A stretch of DNA of 64,000 bases, taken from an uncultured Eubacteriales bacterium. Its GTDB lineage: Bacteria > Bacillota > Clostridia > Oscillospirales > QAMX01. The notes under the pieces are model-generated. The model was not told where the DNA came from. It did no database searches and saw nothing but the letters and a program-made list of their open reading frames with translations. The translations under genes and the position numbers were made by a program. Location of the stretch: NCBI GenBank assembly GCA_934546935.1, contig CAKTEH010000004.1, forward strand, positions 15,756 through 79,755, read 5' to 3'. Below, in pieces: positions 37,245 to 47,976 of this stretch (the first letter of the stretch is position 1; every line of letters begins with the position of its first letter).

Positions 37245-38363
37245 ATGATTCAAAGGTTGAAGTATTTGCATTTGCCCGAAGTTTTGAAAATGAACGACGG
37301 CACGCCTGTTACCCGGGAAAATTGGGAAGTGCGGCAGAAAGAACTGATGACAATTCTTCAGGAAAACATGTATGGGATTTTCCCGGAGAAAACGGCAGAA
37401 ATCGGCGCTGTAGAAGTTTCGCACCATGAGGAAATCTATAATGGGACTGTGGATTTTACGCTGAATAAAGTAAATCTTAATTTCCCGACAGGTGTTTTTA
37501 CGCTGGAGATTCCGCTTTTTATTCCCAAAGGCGTGGAAAATCCGCCCTGTCTCGTATCCCTGGGTGGGGGAAGCCGGGCATTTATTAACCGCTATGCACC
37601 CGGTACGCCGTATTTCCCGCCGGAGTATGTGTTCAAGCGCGGCATTGCAGTTGCTTACGCGCCTGTGATGGACGCTACAACGGACGATGCGGACTTTTCT
37701 GCCGGTATCAGCGCTTATATTTATCCAAATGGACGTGATGGGAAGCAGGGCGGGAAGCTTGCTGTTTGGGCGCTGATAAGTTCTTATGTTGCTGATTTTA
37801 TTGAGGCGGACGGCCGGTTTGATATGAAAAACCTGGCCGTTGCGGGGTGTTCCCGTTTGGGGAAGGGCGCGCTTTGCGCGGGACTGTATGATACTCGTTT
37901 CAAATTCGTTAATTCCGTGTGCTCCGGATGCGGCGGGACTGCAATTCTGCGCGGCAAGGTCGGTGAAACTGTCGGCAGTATTATGAATTATGCCCCATAC
38001 TGGTTTACGGATGATTTTAAGCAATATTCTGACCGCGAGGAAGAAATGCCCTTTGATGCGCATTTTATTATTGCTGCGCTTGCCCCGCGGAAGGTGTTGG
38101 TAACCGGCGCGATTGAAGATTTCTGGTGCGATCCTTATATGGAAATGATGGCCTGCATTGCAGCAAGCGAAACCTATGAGATGCTTGGGTTCCCTGGCTT
38201 TATTTATGAAGGTCCGCACCCTGTCCCGGGCTACCGCTATCCTGTCCCGGGCGATTTCTTTAAAGAAGGGTCTATTGGTTATTCCCTGCGTTCCGGCGGG
38301 CATGGCTATCCGCCCTATGACTGGGAACGGATTGCTGACTTTATGTGCCTGCACAAAAACTGA
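37245..38363 (+). CDS. Carbohydrate esterase family 15 (4-O-methyl-glucuronoyl methylesterase)-like
   Basis: Contains the CE15 signature G-C-S-R-x-G-K (VAGCSRLGKGAL) in an alpha/beta hydrolase context. Confidence 0.75.
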   Translation: MIQRLKYLHLPEVLKMNDGTPVTRENWEVRQKELMTILQENMYGIFPEKTAEIGAVEVSHHEEIYNGTVDFTLNKVNLNFPTGVFTLEIPLFIPKGVENPPCLVSLGGGSRAFINRYAPGTPYFPPEYVFKRGIAVAYAPVMDATTDDADFSAGISAYIYPNGRDGKQGGKLAVWALISSYVADFIEADGRFDMKNLAVAGCSRLGKGALCAGLYDTRFKFVNSVCSGCGGTAILRGKVGETVGSIMNYAPYWFTDDFKQYSDREEEMPFDAHFIIAALAPRKVLVTGAIEDFWCDPYMEMMACIAASETYEMLGFPGFIYEGPHPVPGYRYPVPGDFFKEGSIGYSLRSGGHGYPPYDWERIADFMCLHKN

Positions 38364-38750
38364 GCGTATGTCCGGATAGTTAGCCGGGCAAGGAAAAATC
38401 ATGAGTTCAAAGCCCCGGCATGCATGGGAATAAAACCTCCAGTGCCTTTGGTATCTGGTACACTGTGTAAAAACCGTGTTGGGGAGAAAAGATGCCCAGC
38501 ATGGCTTGCAGGTCTGAATTTGATTAACGCACATACATTTTGCCCGGCAGGAACAATTCCGCCGGGCAAAATTGATTTATATTGGTTGTATTCTTCATCT
38601 CCATTGGGCTTTCATTTCGGAAATCCAGGATGAAAATAGCTGGATTTCCAGGCTTCAGGCGGATCCGGATTTGTACCTGTGCGGCAGGAATTTGAAATAC
38701 ATGGTCTGGATAAGCAACTTTGGGCATTGCCCTGCGTTCGATTCAAAAAA

Positions 38751-39149
38751 TCATGGTCTTGTCCATATACCTGTATCGGCATTCTTCTGTAAGACAAGCT
38801 CATAACCGCCTTCCGCCCGGTTGAAATAAATTTCGGTATTATTACTGTCTAAATCCAATTCAAATGTATATTTTGCTCCAAGTGAACTGTTAAAACCGCC
38901 AAAAGTGGAATAAAAAGTAAGATAGTGAGGTTTTACGCCGCCGCCTACATCTTTAAAGCTCCTTGTGTATCCCATAGACGATGCAGCGGCAGTACGAAAA
39001 GTCAGCTTTGTACCATCCTCCGAGACAGAATAGTCTGTTAAGATCACATCTGTCCTTTTTGTGAACCCGGTTCCGATAAAAAATGCGAAGCATAACGCGG
39101 CCAGTATTGCCGCTGCAGTAAGCACAATCCTTTTTTTCTTCATAGGCAC
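38751..39149 (-). CDS. Small membrane-anchored/secreted hypothetical protein
   Basis: N-terminal signal/anchor MKKKRIVLTAAAILAALCFAFFIG, then a beta-rich domain. No family recognised. Confidence 0.5.
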   Translation of the reverse strand: MPMKKKRIVLTAAAILAALCFAFFIGTGFTKRTDVILTDYSVSEDGTKLTFRTAAASSMGYTRSFKDVGGGVKPHYLTFYSTFGGFNSSLGAKYTFELDLDSNNTEIYFNRAEGGYELVLQKNADTGIWTRP

Positions 39150-39389
39150 GCCTCGTTTGCTGTTGTATATGCTGTTTCGGTGTAAAAATTTTCAAACCGT
39201 ACAGTTCTTTGGATATGCTGCTTCATGCTCGTTCGGCGTATAAAAACCGCCTGTTCTGCGGGGATAGAAGCAAGGTGCTGATTTATGGCTGGGCGGCAGC
39301 TGCGTTTTCACTTAATAGGACTGCTGTGCAGTTGTACATGATGAAACAGAGTAAAAGCGTTTATGCAGAAAAGGAAGCTGTCCGGAAAC

Positions 39390-40673
39390 TCAGCTTCTTT
39401 CATTTTTCTTTAGCTTTTTGAACCCGTCAAAAATGCGGCCGAGAAGCTCTGCCCACTCGGACTGGAAGGCAAACAGATCGTCAGCCCGCGTAACGCAGCG
39501 CTGGCTTTCCCCAGTGCGGAAACTATCCAGCACATGCCAATAGCGTTTATAGGCGCACCGGACGCTTTCATCCCAGGAAGTGTACAACATGTCTTGTGCA
39601 TTCCGGCCGATTTGCCGCATCAACTGACGGTTATCGATCAAATGGGCAAGCACTGTGGCAATTTCCTGGGCATCTTCATGTACAAGGATACCGCTGACGC
39701 CGTCTTCCACTCCTTCGGCGGCGCAGCTTCCGGAAATCAGAAGGCTGCCAAGCGCGCAGGCCGCCGCTTCACGCACAACCAGGCCGTTGGTGTCGAAGGT
39801 GGAGGGAAAAAGGAAAAGATCGGCGCAGGAATACAGCGCGCGGATTTTTTCCCGGTCGTGGATTGCTCCGGTAAACCGGCAGTTTTTTGCAACGCCAGTA
39901 TTGCGCGCATATGCCTCTATTTCCTCGCGGTCGGCGCCGTCGCCGACAAAGAGCATGGAAAATGCATGTCCTGCCTGCTGCAGCAATGATAATGCATCCA
40001 GGATCAGGCGAAGCCCCTTATACCACATCAGCCGTCCAACAAAAAGGAAGACGGGCGCATCTGCCAGCGCATATTCCTTTGCCACGGCGCTGTACTGCGC
40101 CTGTTCGGCCCTGCCTTTGGGCATGTCCACTCCGTTTTCCATTACCCGGTATGGCCCTTCATATCCAAGCCCGCGCAAGTTTTCCCCCGCACCCTTGCTG
40201 ACGACCCAAACCTCATCACAGGCAGAAATATTATTGACAATGCACTTTATAGCCGCTTCCTGCAGGATCTTGGCGTTAATTGCGTTTTTGATGTCAATGT
40301 CAAATTTCGTATGATAAGTCAAAATAATCGGCGCGCCAGTCATTTCACGCAGCGTACGCGCAAGGAAGGTGGAAACCAGAGGGCAGTGTGAATGGATAAG
40401 ATCGATTTTATGCTTTTTTAGAGCGTTGAGCGAAGCTGAGTCAAAAGGATATCCGGTGCGGTAGCCAACAAATTTGGTCGTGTTAAAGCTTGGATAGCGC
40501 ACGACCGGGAAGGGGTAATCGTCTACAACGCCCTCGTATTCCGGCGTGGCGACCACACATCCAGCCTGCAGCGACTGCAGTACGCGTGCGTAATTGAGTA
40601 CTGCGTTGGCTACGCCATCGATTACCGGCGGAAAAGAATCGTTCATCAGGCAGATTTTGAGTTGCTTGTCCAT
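39390..40673 (-). CDS. Glycosyltransferase family 4 (GT-B fold)
   Basis: MDKQLKICLMNDSFPPVIDGVANA... plus the C-terminal E-x7-E region (FPSTFDTNGLVVREAAACA). Start trimmed to ATG 40673 because the longer ORF overlaps ligA. Confidence 0.85.
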   Translation of the reverse strand: MDKQLKICLMNDSFPPVIDGVANAVLNYARVLQSLQAGCVVATPEYEGVVDDYPFPVVRYPSFNTTKFVGYRTGYPFDSASLNALKKHKIDLIHSHCPLVSTFLARTLREMTGAPIILTYHTKFDIDIKNAINAKILQEAAIKCIVNNISACDEVWVVSKGAGENLRGLGYEGPYRVMENGVDMPKGRAEQAQYSAVAKEYALADAPVFLFVGRLMWYKGLRLILDALSLLQQAGHAFSMLFVGDGADREEIEAYARNTGVAKNCRFTGAIHDREKIRALYSCADLFLFPSTFDTNGLVVREAAACALGSLLISGSCAAEGVEDGVSGILVHEDAQEIATVLAHLIDNRQLMRQIGRNAQDMLYTSWDESVRCAYKRYWHVLDSFRTGESQRCVTRADDLFAFQSEWAELLGRIFDGFKKLKKNERS

Positions 40674-40683
40674 GCCATTCACC

Positions 40684-42777
<2,094 letters not shown>

Positions 42778-42809
42778 TTATACCACTTTTTCTTTTTCCT
42801 ATCAAGCTG

Positions 42810-43526
42810 TTATCCGAGATCTGCAAAGTTGAAAATTTCGTCTGTGATTTCCCCGCCGGTCGAGTCTTCCACGTTGGTATAGGAATCCGGGACAGTGCCT
42901 ACGATTATAGTTTCCGCTACGTCAACCTGTACTTCGATATTTGCGTCAATGCTTTTCCCTGGAAGGATAATGGTAACCTGCGCCGCTACGCTTAGATAAA
43001 TTTTATGGAGTGTCTGGTTAATCCCTGCGGATTGGAAGGAACTTCCGAAGCTTGCGGAGGCGCTGCCAAGGGGTACTACGGAGAGATTCATAACAGGCCC
43101 GGCGCCGGAGAGGATGTCAAAACCTGTGATAGAGCCAAGGGGGATACGCAGTCTGGTATTCTCCAGCTGTTCCAGCCGGTCAAGCACATTGGCGATAATG
43201 GTGGTTTTTAAATTGTTGATGGCTACGCTGTTGGACACCAGTGCGCTGATGGCGCCATTGTCGTCGGTCATCAAATGGACCAGGTCCTGATAAGAAATCC
43301 CGCTTTCTGTAATAACTTCATTGACTGCGTCGTTTAAGGTACTTGTAGCCAGGTAAACTGCCCGGTTATAGGCATATTCCCGGACAATTGGACCGACCTG
43401 GGCGTCGATGAGTATGATCGACAGCAAAATAAAGATTACGGCGATAAACAGATAGATCCCGATTGGACGGCTGCGCCCGATTCTTCGTATCCGCAGCCTT
43501 GGAAGCCTGCGCGTATGTATTCTCAT
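42810..43526 (-). CDS. yunB: Sporulation protein YunB
   Basis: Basic N-terminus plus a TM segment, then the ...EYAYNRAVYLATSTLNDAVNEVI... pattern typical of YunB. Confidence 0.75.
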   Translation of the reverse strand: MRIHTRRLPRLRIRRIGRSRPIGIYLFIAVIFILLSIILIDAQVGPIVREYAYNRAVYLATSTLNDAVNEVITESGISYQDLVHLMTDDNGAISALVSNSVAINNLKTTIIANVLDRLEQLENTRLRIPLGSITGFDILSGAGPVMNLSVVPLGSASASFGSSFQSAGINQTLHKIYLSVAAQVTIILPGKSIDANIEVQVDVAETIIVGTVPDSYTNVEDSTGGEITDEIFNFADLG

Positions 43527-43752
43527 AAATTCCCTCCGCCTCCCTTTGCCGCTTTCAAGCGCTTCTTTGTCAATGTTGTTGTATTTTATATATGCGTGAA
43601 AAGAAAAAACTTGACAGAAAACGGAAATTTTGTATAGCCAGCCAGGCTTTGCTCTCCCGGAACGGGTCTTTTCCGCCGTATTTTCTATCAGCGTCTTGCG
43701 CGGCTTCCTTATTTATGTTAAAATAAAATAGAAATATTGGAAATTTGAATAT

Positions 43753-43813
43753 GCCGCTGAAAAGGCCGGGGGGGGTTCCAGCCCTCCGTTCCCTTTTCCC
43801 AGCGGCTGTTTTT
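43753..43813 (+). terminator. Orphan intrinsic-terminator-like hairpin in the leader of the FAD oxidoreductase gene
   Basis: GCCGCTG (43753-43759) pairs with CAGCGGC (43800-43806), enclosing AAAAGG/CCTTTT and G-rich/C-rich inner pairing, followed by TGTTTTT. No plus-strand gene lies upstream of it. Confidence 0.55.
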
Positions 43814-43852
43814 GCGTATCTGTTTCCAGATATAGAGTAAAGGATGTGTGTC

Positions 43853-45238
43853 ATGCAGTACGATATTATTATTATTGGAGCGGGTCCCGGCGGGATTTTT
43901 TCCGCATATGAGCTCAGCCGGATTGCCCCCCAGCTTAGAATCGCGGTGTTCGAAGGCGGTGCGCCGCTGGAAAAACGCCGCTGCCCGATTGACGGGAAAA
44001 AGGTAAAAAGCTGCATTAAGTGTGCAAATTGCGCGATTATGAAAGGGTTTGGCGGGGCAGGGGCTTTTTCTGATGGAAAATATAATATTACCAACGAGTT
44101 CGGCGGCACGTTATATGAGCATATCGGCCGTGACGAGGCGCTTGAGCTGATGTATTACGTCGATCAGATCAACCTCAAATATGGCGGCGAGGGTACAAAG
44201 CTTTACACGACTTCCGATTCCAAATTCAAAAAGCTCTGTCTGCAAAATAAGCTCCGCCTGCTTGACGCTTCTGTACGCCATCTCGGCACGGACATCAATT
44301 ATGTAGTCCTTGAAAACCTTTATACGTTGTTAAAGCAGCAGGTGGATTTTTACTTTTATACGGAAATAGAAAGCGTGATAAAAGCAGACAGCGGTTATAA
44401 AGTAAAAACAAAGGACAGCGTATATACCTGTACCGACTGTATTATTTCCGTTGGGCGCAGCGGAAGCAAATGGATGGAAAAGGTCTGCCAGGAGATGGAT
44501 ATCCCCACGCATTCCAATCGTGTGGATATTGGTGTGCGCGTTGAACTTCCGGCGGCTGTGTTTTCTCATGTAACCGACGAACTGTATGAAAGTAAGATCG
44601 TTTACCGGACGGAAAAGTTTGAAGATATGGTGCGTACTTTCTGCATGAACCCCAATGGCATTGTTGTAAATGAAAATACCAACGGGATTGTGACGGTGAA
44701 TGGACACAGCTACGAGGATCCGAAGCTGCATACGGCCAATACCAATTTTGCCCTGTTGGTTGCCAAACATTTTTCTGAGCCCTTTAAGGACAGCAATGGC
44801 TATGGTGAAAGCATCGCGCGGCTTTCCAATATGCTCGGCGGCGGAGTCATGGTGCAGCGCTTTGGCGACCTGATCCGCGGCCGGCGTTCCACTCCTGCAC
44901 GGATCAATGAAAGCTGGGTGCGCCCGACGCTTGCGGCGACGCCAGGCGACTTGAGCCTGGTCCTGCCAAAGCGGATCCTCGACGGGATTATTGAAATGAT
45001 ATATGCGCTGGATAAAATTGCGCCGGGTACGGCAAACGACGATACGCTGCTTTACGGCGTCGAAGTGAAATTCTATAATATGGAAGTCGAAATTGATGAA
45101 AATCTGGAGACCCGCCAGAAAGGGCTGTTTATCATTGGGGATGGCAGCGGGGTAACGCATTCGCTTTCCCATGCTTCGGCAAGCGGTGTATATGTTGCGC
45201 GTTATATTGCCGGACGGAACGAAGCTTGCGTACGCTAA
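43853..45238 (+). CDS. NAD(P)/FAD-dependent oxidoreductase (COG2509-like)
   Basis: Dinucleotide-binding N-terminus YDIIIIGAGPGG. 461 aa from ATG 43853 behind AAAGGA. Confidence 0.75.
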   Translation: MQYDIIIIGAGPGGIFSAYELSRIAPQLRIAVFEGGAPLEKRRCPIDGKKVKSCIKCANCAIMKGFGGAGAFSDGKYNITNEFGGTLYEHIGRDEALELMYYVDQINLKYGGEGTKLYTTSDSKFKKLCLQNKLRLLDASVRHLGTDINYVVLENLYTLLKQQVDFYFYTEIESVIKADSGYKVKTKDSVYTCTDCIISVGRSGSKWMEKVCQEMDIPTHSNRVDIGVRVELPAAVFSHVTDELYESKIVYRTEKFEDMVRTFCMNPNGIVVNENTNGIVTVNGHSYEDPKLHTANTNFALLVAKHFSEPFKDSNGYGESIARLSNMLGGGVMVQRFGDLIRGRRSTPARINESWVRPTLAATPGDLSLVLPKRILDGIIEMIYALDKIAPGTANDDTLLYGVEVKFYNMEVEIDENLETRQKGLFIIGDGSGVTHSLSHASASGVYVARYIAGRNEACVR

Positions 45239-45382
45239 GGCCAGACAGGTAATCTGCGGGAAAAGGACGGGTGTCCCAGACTTGAGATGTCCGTTTCTTT
45301 CCTTAAAATCGTTTTTAACGGCTTGGCAAATGGAGGAAAATGGTATATAATAAAATCAAAATAAAAGCAATGGAGACAGACG

Positions 45383-46225
45383 ATGGAAATCTATAAGAAT
45401 CTGGTTATGGACGAGGAGCGTGCCCTGTATGGGCTGCATGGCGCCCGGATCGAAGCCTGCCGTTTCGAGGGCCCCGCAGATGGGGAATCTGCGATCAAAG
45501 AATGCGCTGATCTGGAAATTGAAAATTGTGATTTCCTTTTGCGTTATCCGCTGTGGCATGTAACCAATGCACAGATGAAAAATTGCCGGATGACGCAGAC
45601 CTGCCGCGCCGCACTGTGGTATGATCGAAACGTATCGATTAACGATAGTGTTCTGGGCGGCATCAAAGCCCTGCGGGAATGCGATAATTCCATGCTTTCC
45701 GGCTGTGAGATTGAATCGACGGAGTTTGGCTGGTTCTGCCGCGGCGTGAAAGTCGAAGACTGTTCCCTCAGTTCGGAATACCCTTTCCTGCAAACCCGGG
45801 ATATGGAGATTGAACGGCTGAAAATGAAGGGAAAATATTCCTTCCAATATGTAGAAAACTGTGTTATCCGCAATAGCATTCTGGATACCAAGGACGCCTT
45901 TTGGCACAGCCGCAACGTTACGGTATATGACAGCGTGATTAAGGGCGAATATCTTGCCTGGTATTCGCAGAATTTACATCTTATACGCTGCAAAATCATC
46001 GGGACCCAGCCACTTTGCTATTGTAAAGGTCTGGTGTTGGAAGACTGTGAAATGGAAGCCTGCGACCTTTCGTTTGAAAACAGCGAAGTGAAAGCAACTG
46101 TGCGCGGCTCTATTGACAGCGTCAAAAACCCGGTTTCCGGATATATCCGTGCCGGTGCGATCGGCGAAGTCATTTTGGATGCGCATCTTCCCAAAAACGC
46201 CGACTGTAAAATTGAGCTTATATAA
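45383..46225 (+). CDS. DUF3737-family (beta-helix repeat) protein
   Basis: The MEIYKNLVMDEERALYGLHGARIEACRFEGPADGESAIKE... repeat pattern with recurring NC/DS-V motifs is typical of DUF3737. Confidence 0.6.
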   Translation: MEIYKNLVMDEERALYGLHGARIEACRFEGPADGESAIKECADLEIENCDFLLRYPLWHVTNAQMKNCRMTQTCRAALWYDRNVSINDSVLGGIKALRECDNSMLSGCEIESTEFGWFCRGVKVEDCSLSSEYPFLQTRDMEIERLKMKGKYSFQYVENCVIRNSILDTKDAFWHSRNVTVYDSVIKGEYLAWYSQNLHLIRCKIIGTQPLCYCKGLVLEDCEMEACDLSFENSEVKATVRGSIDSVKNPVSGYIRAGAIGEVILDAHLPKNADCKIELI

Positions 46226-46658
46226 TGTTTGTACTGCCTGCGGAATGCTTGGGCCGTGGATGGCAGCGCAGGTAATTTTGCAGACCGCCTTATAAATCGG
46301 AATTGGGTATGCCGCCTGGGCGAATATGAATAGTTGTCTGGACATGAAAAAACGCCTGGAAAATTTACAAGTTTTTCAGGCGTTTTCTGCATAAATAGAC
46401 GCTGGTATGCGTTTTAGGAGGGCAGGGTAAACGGACGGCAGATAAATTATGTTTTTAAAAAATATATCTGGATTGTTGATAGTTGACGTCCGGTTTGTTT
46501 TATGTTATGTTTCTAGCATAAACTATAAATGAGAGAGGATAAGCGCAATGATTATGTTTTTAAAATTAAGAAGTATGTAATTGCATGAAACTTTTGATAA
46601 ATAGTTTCATGCGTTATAGGTGTATTAACGAAGAACTATTTAATCAAGGAGTGTAATT

Positions 46659-47345
46659 ATGATATTTCAGGATAATGTAGTCAGAGAGTATTTGAAAAAC
46701 GTTTATTTTATAGCTGGGACGCCATGCGGCGGGAAAACGACCGTTTCCCGGGCGCTTGGGAAAAAATATAATATCCCGGTATATGATATAGATGAGAAAT
46801 TCTCCATTCATCAGCAGATGTCTGATCCGGCATTTCAGCCGTCCATGAATCAAAGATTTAAAGACGCCGATGCGTTCTTCAGCCGGAGCGTGGAAGAATA
46901 TAGGAACTGGCTGATTCAAAACACGTGGGAACAGCTGGAATTTGTATTGCTGGATTTGATTCAGCTTTCAAAAAACGAAGCAATTTTGTGCGACTGTCAA
47001 CTCTCGATAGTAGAAGCCAAGAGGATAACACAACCGTCGAAAATTGCATTTATGCTGAAGAACCCAAATAATTTGGTAGATGACTATTGTAATCGTCCGG
47101 ATCATACGGATTTTCGTGATTTCATCTACAGTGCTACAGATGTGGAAAAAGCAAAGGCTGTTTGTAATGAGACTTTATGGACCTTAAATCGGAAACAATA
47201 CGATGATGTAAAAGCAAGCCGTTATTTTTGGCTCGAACATGATGGAAACAGGAGCGTAGACGAGTCTGTAAAGCTTGTTGCGCAGCATTTTGGCTGGAAA
47301 TGCTCAAACGATTTGGGTGTGGTTAAAGTTGAAAAGGATACGTAA
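46659..47345 (+). CDS. P-loop NTPase / kinase-like protein in an AT-rich islet
   Basis: Walker A GTPCGGKTT near the N-terminus. 228 aa, SD AAGGAG upstream, and markedly lower GC than neighbouring genes. Confidence 0.6.
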   Translation: MIFQDNVVREYLKNVYFIAGTPCGGKTTVSRALGKKYNIPVYDIDEKFSIHQQMSDPAFQPSMNQRFKDADAFFSRSVEEYRNWLIQNTWEQLEFVLLDLIQLSKNEAILCDCQLSIVEAKRITQPSKIAFMLKNPNNLVDDYCNRPDHTDFRDFIYSATDVEKAKAVCNETLWTLNRKQYDDVKASRYFWLEHDGNRSVDESVKLVAQHFGWKCSNDLGVVKVEKDT

Positions 47346-47732
47346 CTGGCTAAAGCGTTTATGAAATTCGTTAATGCCTGTTTCCGGATTGAAGTCCGGC
47401 GGCAATAGCACGGATGATAAAAACGTGGGTATTTGCATAATAGGAAGCTGAATTTTTGGCAGTCATGGATAAAAAGACCGTTAGCATGACGCTGGCTTGA
47501 AATTGGATATTTATCCAGGCGTGTCCGATGTTTATGTTTCAGAGACGTATTGCAGCCAAAGAATGCGTAAGAAATTTATCGCATATACATTAGACGAGTA
47601 AGAGTAATCGCCTGTTTGCCAAAAAATTGAAATCCTGATATTTGTGTATGTAGCATGTTTGGGTTTCCCTCAGCTTAACAAAAAACCAGCGCAAAAAGTC
47701 TTGTACTTTTGGACGGGGCTCATAAAACAGTT

Positions 47733-47767
47733 AAACCGGCCTATGACGTAATCATAGGCCGGTTTTT
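47733..47767. terminator. Strong hairpin / terminator at the right edge of the AT-rich islet
   Basis: AAACCGGCCTATGA (47733-47746), loop CGTAA, TCATAGGCCGGTTT (47752-47765), then TT. Confidence 0.7.
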
Positions 47768-47826
47768 GCATCTTTGTCTATGTAATATGGCTTAACAAAT
47801 TCATGTAATGCCTTTTCATTCAACAT
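47752..47826 (-). pseudogene. Possible 5' remnant of a truncated gene (24 codons with intact SD)
   Basis: Minus strand GGGGTGA, 7 nt, then ATG. Translation MLNEKALHEFVKPYYIDKDAKTGL*, with the last codons and the stop lying inside the 47733-47765 hairpin. The N-terminus recalls HD-domain phosphohydrolase starts, from memory only. Confidence 0.3.
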
Positions 47827-47976
47827 ATCTATATCACCCCAAATTCTTATTTATTGATCTGTTTTTATCTTATCACACGAAATCAAAATATATAAGAACA
47901 GGCACAGCAGATCATTCTGTTGTGCCTGTAAACCATCTTATGATGCCGCCCTTTGCGCTGGTTTTTCTGGTTTCGA

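Noticed and set aside
37122-38534. 470-aa minus-strand ORF antisense to the CE15 esterase
   Set aside because: It is a shadow ORF that extends across the intergenic promoter region, and the CE15 motif supports the plus strand.
38524-38727. 67-aa minus-strand ORF downstream of the small membrane protein gene
   Set aside because: It has a weak, too-close SD and no family features, and the ORF runs through a strong hairpin (about 38538-38572) that looks like the real transcript end.
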